In this document: piece after piece, positions 59,701 through 64,000 of the stretch | Numbering within the stretch: position 1 is the first letter of the stretch | Layout of the letters: every line of letters begins with the position of its first letter | Notes under the pieces: generated by a model | What the model saw: only the letters and a program-made list of their open reading frames with translations | Told to the model about the DNA's origin: nothing | Databases searched by the model: none | Assembly: GCA_041690595.1 (NCBI GenBank) | Contig: JAWLHB010000003.1 | Coordinates: 62,001-126,000, forward strand | Reading direction: 5' to 3' | Length of the DNA stretch: 64,000 nt | From: Lentisphaeria bacterium | Lineage (GTDB): Bacteria; Verrucomicrobiota; Lentisphaeria; JABSQK01; JAWLHB01 | Translations under genes and position numbers: made by a program

Positions 59701-60095
59701 TCGTGGAACGCACCCGTGCCGGTGTCGCCCTTGTCCATGAACTCATTCTTCACAATCCGGACCCCTTCTACATTCAGCTTCACCAGTATCTCGCCCGCCG
59801 CGCCGCCATCGACACCCATCGCTATTGGGACTCAAACCCCGTGCTGGCAATACGCGGCCTCGACGCCGCATGGATCGTCCATTCCTCATCCCAGGACGTC
59901 ATCGTCATCCTCGTCGACTACGGAAAAGGCGGCGATGGTCAGATCGCGCTGGACACCGCCCGCCTCGGCATCTCGCCCACCGCCACCGCCACCGATTTCG
60001 AAGCCATCGACAAGCGCTATCCCATGCAGGACGGCGTCCTCACCCTCCCCCATTTCACCCCCCATGACGTGCACGTCCTGCGCCTGCCCAAATAG
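56757..60095 (+). CDS. Large secreted CBM9-like plus DUF6067/GH123-like protein
   Basis: Signal peptide; PAIDGIITSAEW, DYDG, YLWLGN, QATPVKPMP and DGIYWD motifs. Confidence 0.7.
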   Translation: MYRLLSLLILFSVALARAADTDQPVLRPLAVLPRLARPPAIDGIITSAEWPTLQVHRFVARRAGGRDLLQPRDGEFYVASDGKRLYVAVRSALHPRAGAIATSRPDGNRDIPGVSRDDTIELWIDADPAGPAGRLHHLIINPLTAWFDQVTNRTTGVTDPWWRSSSLRQAHNVANGFWSAELSIELAEVGIADPTRPFGLHICRNYRHPWDLSGWAPRVNAFDEPGTMPLVSLADHAPAVQEKAFQDEQGIAVAVDIVNPSQSPLPLKVRLGGNAEGQLREYQEWEVNLAPQQRRSFLYRRPVAAGSAMLAEILVSSPDGSLIFHHRDVKWQTPSTTTWELNVANPLVDATEFDIEWHPTQKILRWRVALPPTLNQISRFRLQISDAGTGNVLHTLMQQSGAVPANDHQTHLADLPDGRYVAALFLDAPTPAAQPALRRVFEHASDFPWLRQQLGVSNQVIPPFTPLKVTGILWETRRVHAIGREHLIANNGLWSQVIANGGELLTDPMQLRLHRNGAESTANGQLRFLEKADHRVILTSAWIADDYSGTLTSEFDYDGCMKVTIDLPPSGGVTIDALDLVLPLRDDMAQLMYSCIDKPRDSISDRVPAGDGIVWSSGTGRDDRAVPYLWLGNEARGICWFAADDRDWVLDETGATPALQLQRSQGSLQLRVRFIQQPTILRRHRRIVFGLQATPVKPMPDSPPWKQVGFYRGAPVNLVFYDLISAWGGRPYSVYPSRRDFTIIEKLADARRGTPDLPWFSDYIAQHPQSKAEINWALRQTGDHGIAYTNLRGAVTASREWRVYQDEWRNGNFLPRETRDDIRDGHVDETVLPVPSRIDFLLYNYREMLRRGMDGIYWDHASLYPNMNHVQSNGYFRPDGSYRTSTDLWQLRELAKRTAVLAHQIGKPNLNMINTTDACLVPVAAWTGAIIGWHGQRGSRDFQDRFTREHIRAVNLGHQTGNLPCVRHGNTYEIQDPDRRRFVERTRAGVALVHELILHNPDPFYIQLHQYLARRAAIDTHRYWDSNPVLAIRGLDAAWIVHSSSQDVIVILVDYGKGGDGQIALDTARLGISPTATATDFEAIDKRYPMQDGVLTLPHFTPHDVHVLRLPK

Positions 60096-60243
60096 TCTCA
60101 CTGCCGGCACCGGGAGATGCGGCTCTTCGCGAGCGCCAGTTGACGTCGTTGCGGCAGGTTTCATTTCCTGCATGACGTGGTATATTCTGCCGGTTGGTAT
60201 CTCTCTGGCATCTTGACGCTTAACGCGAATCAGGCGGACGTAT

Positions 60244-60837
60244 ATGGACACAATCCGGATGTTTCTGGTCGACTACGGGGAGTTCTGGCAGGAGAACGCG
60301 GGGATCATGATCATGGTCCTGATCGGAGCAGCCGTGGTGATCGGCTCCGGCTGCCTCGCCGGCTCCATCGCCGAGCTTCGCAACCGTTCGCGCCTTCTGC
60401 ATACGCTCATCGGCTTTGCCATACCGCTGGTTTACCCCGGCATCATCCTCTTTTCCCTCTCCTACCGGGAGTCCGGGCGAAGCAACCGGATGAAGGCCGA
60501 GAAACAGGAGAAAATCGTCAAGGTGGAAGGCGCCCCCCCTGCCGATGCACCCCCCGTCCTCAACGAAAACGATGCCCCCCCCGTCGTCAACGAGGAACTC
60601 CTCGGCCAGTCCAAGCTCGTTTACGACCAAATCTATTTCAAACAAGTCATGTACGACGAGAAGGGCAACTATCGCGGCCCGTTCCACTTCGTGGTCAATG
60701 GCGACGAATTCAAGGTGGAGCGTGTGGTCACCGCCCTTGACAATGTCGTCGTCATCGAAAATATCAGCTCGGACGGCAAGACCCAGCACCTGCGCATCCC
60801 CTATGCGCGCATCGAGTCCTGCACCGAACAAGAGTAA
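60244..60837 (+). CDS. Hypothetical membrane protein (2 TM)
   Basis: 197 aa, two hydrophobic helices, host-like codon usage. Confidence 0.7.
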   Translation: MDTIRMFLVDYGEFWQENAGIMIMVLIGAAVVIGSGCLAGSIAELRNRSRLLHTLIGFAIPLVYPGIILFSLSYRESGRSNRMKAEKQEKIVKVEGAPPADAPPVLNENDAPPVVNEELLGQSKLVYDQIYFKQVMYDEKGNYRGPFHFVVNGDEFKVERVVTALDNVVVIENISSDGKTQHLRIPYARIESCTEQE

Positions 60838-60909
60838 CCCGCACCACCCGCCGCAACCGAAGTCACGGGCAGGATGGCGCTCATGCCGTGTGAAGAAGGT
60901 CAGTATTCC

Positions 60910-63900
60910 ATGTTTGAGAAAGTAGATTCACAAGTAGATTTTCCAGCCGTCGAGCGAGACATCGTCACCTTCTGGCGAGAGCAGCAGATCTTTCAGAAGT
61001 CTCTCGCCCAGCGCGAAGGGGCACCCGAATTCGTCTTCTACGATGGCCCCCCATTCGCCACCGGCCTTCCCCATTACGGCCATCTCCTGGCCGGCACCAT
61101 CAAGGATGTCGTGCCGCGCTACCAGACCATGCGCGGCAACCATGTCGCCCGTACCTTTGGCTGGGACTGCCACGGACTTCCCGTCGAAAATGAGATGGAG
61201 AAGGAACTCGGGATCAACAGCAAGCACGAGATCGAAGAGTACGGCGTGGACAAGTTCAACGAAGCCTGCCGCTCCATCGTCCTCCGCTACACCGGCGAAT
61301 GGCGCAACATCGTGGAGCGCACCGGGCGCTGGGTCGACTTCGAGCACGGCTATCGAACCATGGATCTGGACTACATGGAGTCCATCTGGTGGGTCTTCAA
61401 GCAGCTGTGGGACAAGAAGCTCGTCTACGAAGGTCACAAGATCATGTGGTACTGCCCGCGCTGTGCCACCCCCCTCAGCAATTTCGAGGTCAATCAGGGC
61501 TATATCGAAGTCGTCGATCCGGCCATCACCATTCGCTTCGCCGATCTCGAGCGCGAGAACACCTTCTATCTGGCCTGGACCACGACCCCTTGGACGCTGC
61601 CTGCGAATCTCGCCCTGACCGTGGGTCCCGACATCGACTACGTCGAAGTCGAAGATGACGGCAACCGCTATCTCCTCGCGGCAGCATTGCTCAAGGTCTA
61701 TTGGCCAAAGAGCGACCCGCCGGTCGTGGCGCGCTACAAGGGCAGTGACCTTGTCGGTCGCCAGTACAAACCCCTCTTTCCCTATTTCGCTTCCCTGCGT
61801 GAGGAAGGCGCCTTCCGCATCATCGCCGCCAGCTTTGTCAGCACAGAGGAAGGCACCGGCATCGTCCACACCGCGCCAGGTTTCGGTGAAGACGATAATG
61901 CCGCAGCCCAGGCGAACAAGGTCCCCGTCGTCTGCCCCATCGATGATGAAGGCAAGTATACAGCCGACGTATGCGATTACCAGGGCCGCTTTGTCAAGGA
62001 GTGCGACGCGGACATCATGCGCCGCCTCAAGGACGAGCACAAGCTCATCCACAAGAGCACCACCCGACACAACTATCCCCACTGCTGGCGTTGTGATGCC
62101 CCCCTGCTCAACCGTGCCGTCGCCACCTGGTTTGTCAACGTCGAGCAGCTCAAGGAAAAGATGCTGGCAGCCAACAGCCAGATCCGCTGGGTGCCCGGTC
62201 ATATCAAGGAAGGCCGTTTCGGCAAGTGGCTGGCCAACGCCCGCGACTGGGCCATCTCGCGCAATCGTTACTGGGGATGCCCCCTGCCTATCTGGCGCAA
62301 TGCCGACACCGGCGAAATCCGTTGCGTCGGCTCCGTCCATGAACTCGAGGAACTCACCGGCGCCAGCGTTCACGATCTTCACAAGCACTTCGTCGACAAG
62401 CTGGAGATCCCCGGCGCTAGTGGCGGCACCTTGAAACGCGTCCCTGAAGTACTCGACTGCTGGTTCGAAAGCGGCTCCATGCCCTATGCCCAGCACCATT
62501 ACCCCTTCCAGGACAAGAACTGGGTCGAATCCCATTTCCCCGCCGACTTCATCGCCGAAGGACAGGACCAGACTCGCGGCTGGTTCTACACGCTCATCGT
62601 CATCGGCGCCGCCCTCTTCGACAAGCCCCCTTTCAAGAACGTCATCGTCAATGGCCTGGTCCTGGCCGAAGATGGCTTCAAGATGTCCAAGCGGCTCAAG
62701 AACTATCCCGACCCCATGTACATCATGGACACCTACGGCGCCGATGCCATGCGCCTGTACCTGCTCTCCAGCGCCGTCGTCCGCGGCGAGGATATGCGCT
62801 TCAGCGAAGAGCAGGGCGTGAAGATTATCGACGGCAAGGAGGTGCAGACCCCACCCGGCGTCCGCGACACCATGCGCAGCGTCCTTCTGCCCCTCTGGAA
62901 CGCCTACAGCTTCTTTGTCACCTACGCCTTGGTCGACAAGTGGCAGCCTTCCGAAGATGCACTGCCCGACAAGCTCGCCAACCCGCTCGACCAGTGGATC
63001 GTTTCCCGCCTCGAAGGGATGGTCGAGGATGTGCGCGCCAGCATGGATGCGTATGAACTGCAGCCCGCCGCCACCCGTTTCACCGAGTTCATCGACCAGC
63101 TCACCAACTGGTACATCCGTCGCAGCCGCCGGCGCTTCTGGAAGAGCCTCAATGACGGCGACAAGGCGCAGGCCTACGCTACCCTCTACCACGTCCTCAT
63201 CACCTTCGCCAGGACTGCCGCTCCCTTCATCCCCTTCATCACTGAGTCCATCTACCGCAACCTGCGCACCCCCAATATGCCGGAATCGGTCCACCTCTGC
63301 GACTTCCCGGAGGCACTCGTCAAATACCGCAACGAGCAACTGGATCGTCGTATGGCACGCGCCATGACCGCCGTCTCGCTCGGTCGTTACCTGCGCAGCC
63401 AGGCTCAACTGCGCACGCGTCAACCCTTGCGCGCCGTCTACCTCGTTTCGCTCAACGAGCAGGCCCGCCAGGATCTCGCCGTCATGCAGGATGTCATCAG
63501 CGAAGAACTCAATGTCCGCCAGGTCATCATCCAGGCAGACGAAGAGGAACTGGTCCACCTGAGCGCCAAAGCCAACTACAAGAAGCTCGGCCGTCAGCTC
63601 GGCAAGCAGATGAAGGCAGCTGCCGGCGCCATCGAAAAACTTGACGATAAGAGCATCCACCTTCTCCGTGAAGGCGGCTCCTGCACGATCGAGCTTGACG
63701 ACGCCCAGACCGTTGATATCACCATCGAGGACATCGATATCCGGCGCGAGGAGAAGGCCGGCCTCGCCGTTGCCAACGAAGGCGACATCACGGTGGCCCT
63801 TGACACCGCCCTCGACCCGCAACTGGAGCGCGAAGGGCTTGCCCGCGAAGTCGTCCACGTCATTCAGCAATTGCGCAAGGATGCCGATTTCGATGTCTCA

Positions 63901-64000
63901 GACCGCATTGTTGTCCATTATCATGCTCCCCTGCAAGTTGGGGAGGCAATCGAGCAGTTCAAGGAGTATATTGCAGGCGAAACCCTGGCGCGTGATGTTA
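60910..64000 (+). CDS. ileS: Isoleucyl-tRNA synthetase type 2 (runs off the window end)
   Basis: MFEKV..DGPPFATGLPHYGH, GWDCHGLP, WTTTPWTLP and KMSKR motifs; absent from the ORF track because it has no stop in the window. Confidence 0.96.
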   Translation, partial: MFEKVDSQVDFPAVERDIVTFWREQQIFQKSLAQREGAPEFVFYDGPPFATGLPHYGHLLAGTIKDVVPRYQTMRGNHVARTFGWDCHGLPVENEMEKELGINSKHEIEEYGVDKFNEACRSIVLRYTGEWRNIVERTGRWVDFEHGYRTMDLDYMESIWWVFKQLWDKKLVYEGHKIMWYCPRCATPLSNFEVNQGYIEVVDPAITIRFADLERENTFYLAWTTTPWTLPANLALTVGPDIDYVEVEDDGNRYLLAAALLKVYWPKSDPPVVARYKGSDLVGRQYKPLFPYFASLREEGAFRIIAASFVSTEEGTGIVHTAPGFGEDDNAAAQANKVPVVCPIDDEGKYTADVCDYQGRFVKECDADIMRRLKDEHKLIHKSTTRHNYPHCWRCDAPLLNRAVATWFVNVEQLKEKMLAANSQIRWVPGHIKEGRFGKWLANARDWAISRNRYWGCPLPIWRNADTGEIRCVGSVHELEELTGASVHDLHKHFVDKLEIPGASGGTLKRVPEVLDCWFESGSMPYAQHHYPFQDKNWVESHFPADFIAEGQDQTRGWFYTLIVIGAALFDKPPFKNVIVNGLVLAEDGFKMSKRLKNYPDPMYIMDTYGADAMRLYLLSSAVVRGEDMRFSEEQGVKIIDGKEVQTPPGVRDTMRSVLLPLWNAYSFFVTYALVDKWQPSEDALPDKLANPLDQWIVSRLEGMVEDVRASMDAYELQPAATRFTEFIDQLTNWYIRRSRRRFWKSLNDGDKAQAYATLYHVLITFARTAAPFIPFITESIYRNLRTPNMPESVHLCDFPEALVKYRNEQLDRRMARAMTAVSLGRYLRSQAQLRTRQPLRAVYLVSLNEQARQDLAVMQDVISEELNVRQVIIQADEEELVHLSAKANYKKLGRQLGKQMKAAAGAIEKLDDKSIHLLREGGSCTIELDDAQTVDITIEDIDIRREEKAGLAVANEGDITVALDTALDPQLEREGLAREVVHVIQQLRKDADFDVSDRIVVHYHAPLQVGEAIEQFKEYIAGETLARDV

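Noticed and set aside
60928..63870. 980-aa minus-strand ORF
   Set aside because: Antisense shadow of ileS; no motifs of its own.

Overview
A GC-rich bacterial chromosome segment. The rbfA-DHH-truB-ribF block, waaF, type-2 IleRS, and multiple URO-D-family, LamG, DUF4838 and CBM9/DUF6067-like genes suggest a PVC-superphylum organism, possibly Lentisphaerae-like; this is inference. It holds about 43 CDS, one tRNA-Arg(UCU), several sigma70-type promoters and three intergenic clusters of short repeats/REP-like hairpins. I saw no CRISPR array, integrase or transposase. Highlights: (1) a membrane receptor-type nucleotidyltransferase (sCache_2-PAS-CBS-DUF294) co-transcribed with a metallophosphoesterase, convergent with a DUF485/ActP-type transporter pair, a candidate carboxylate-sensing writer/eraser system; (2) a three-gene atypical Hsp70 module (GrpE-like DUF2760 plus two Hsp70-like ATPases, no J-protein); (3) a bacterial homologue of GTDC1/QTMAN; (4) an 8-gene catabolic operon with a perfect 18-bp palindromic operator over its -10 box; (5) a low-GC orphan gene next to a possible gene remnant; (6) a Nudix-esterase in-frame fusion; (7) a local GC-skew reversal. 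All family calls come from motif recognition by eye, not from database searches.
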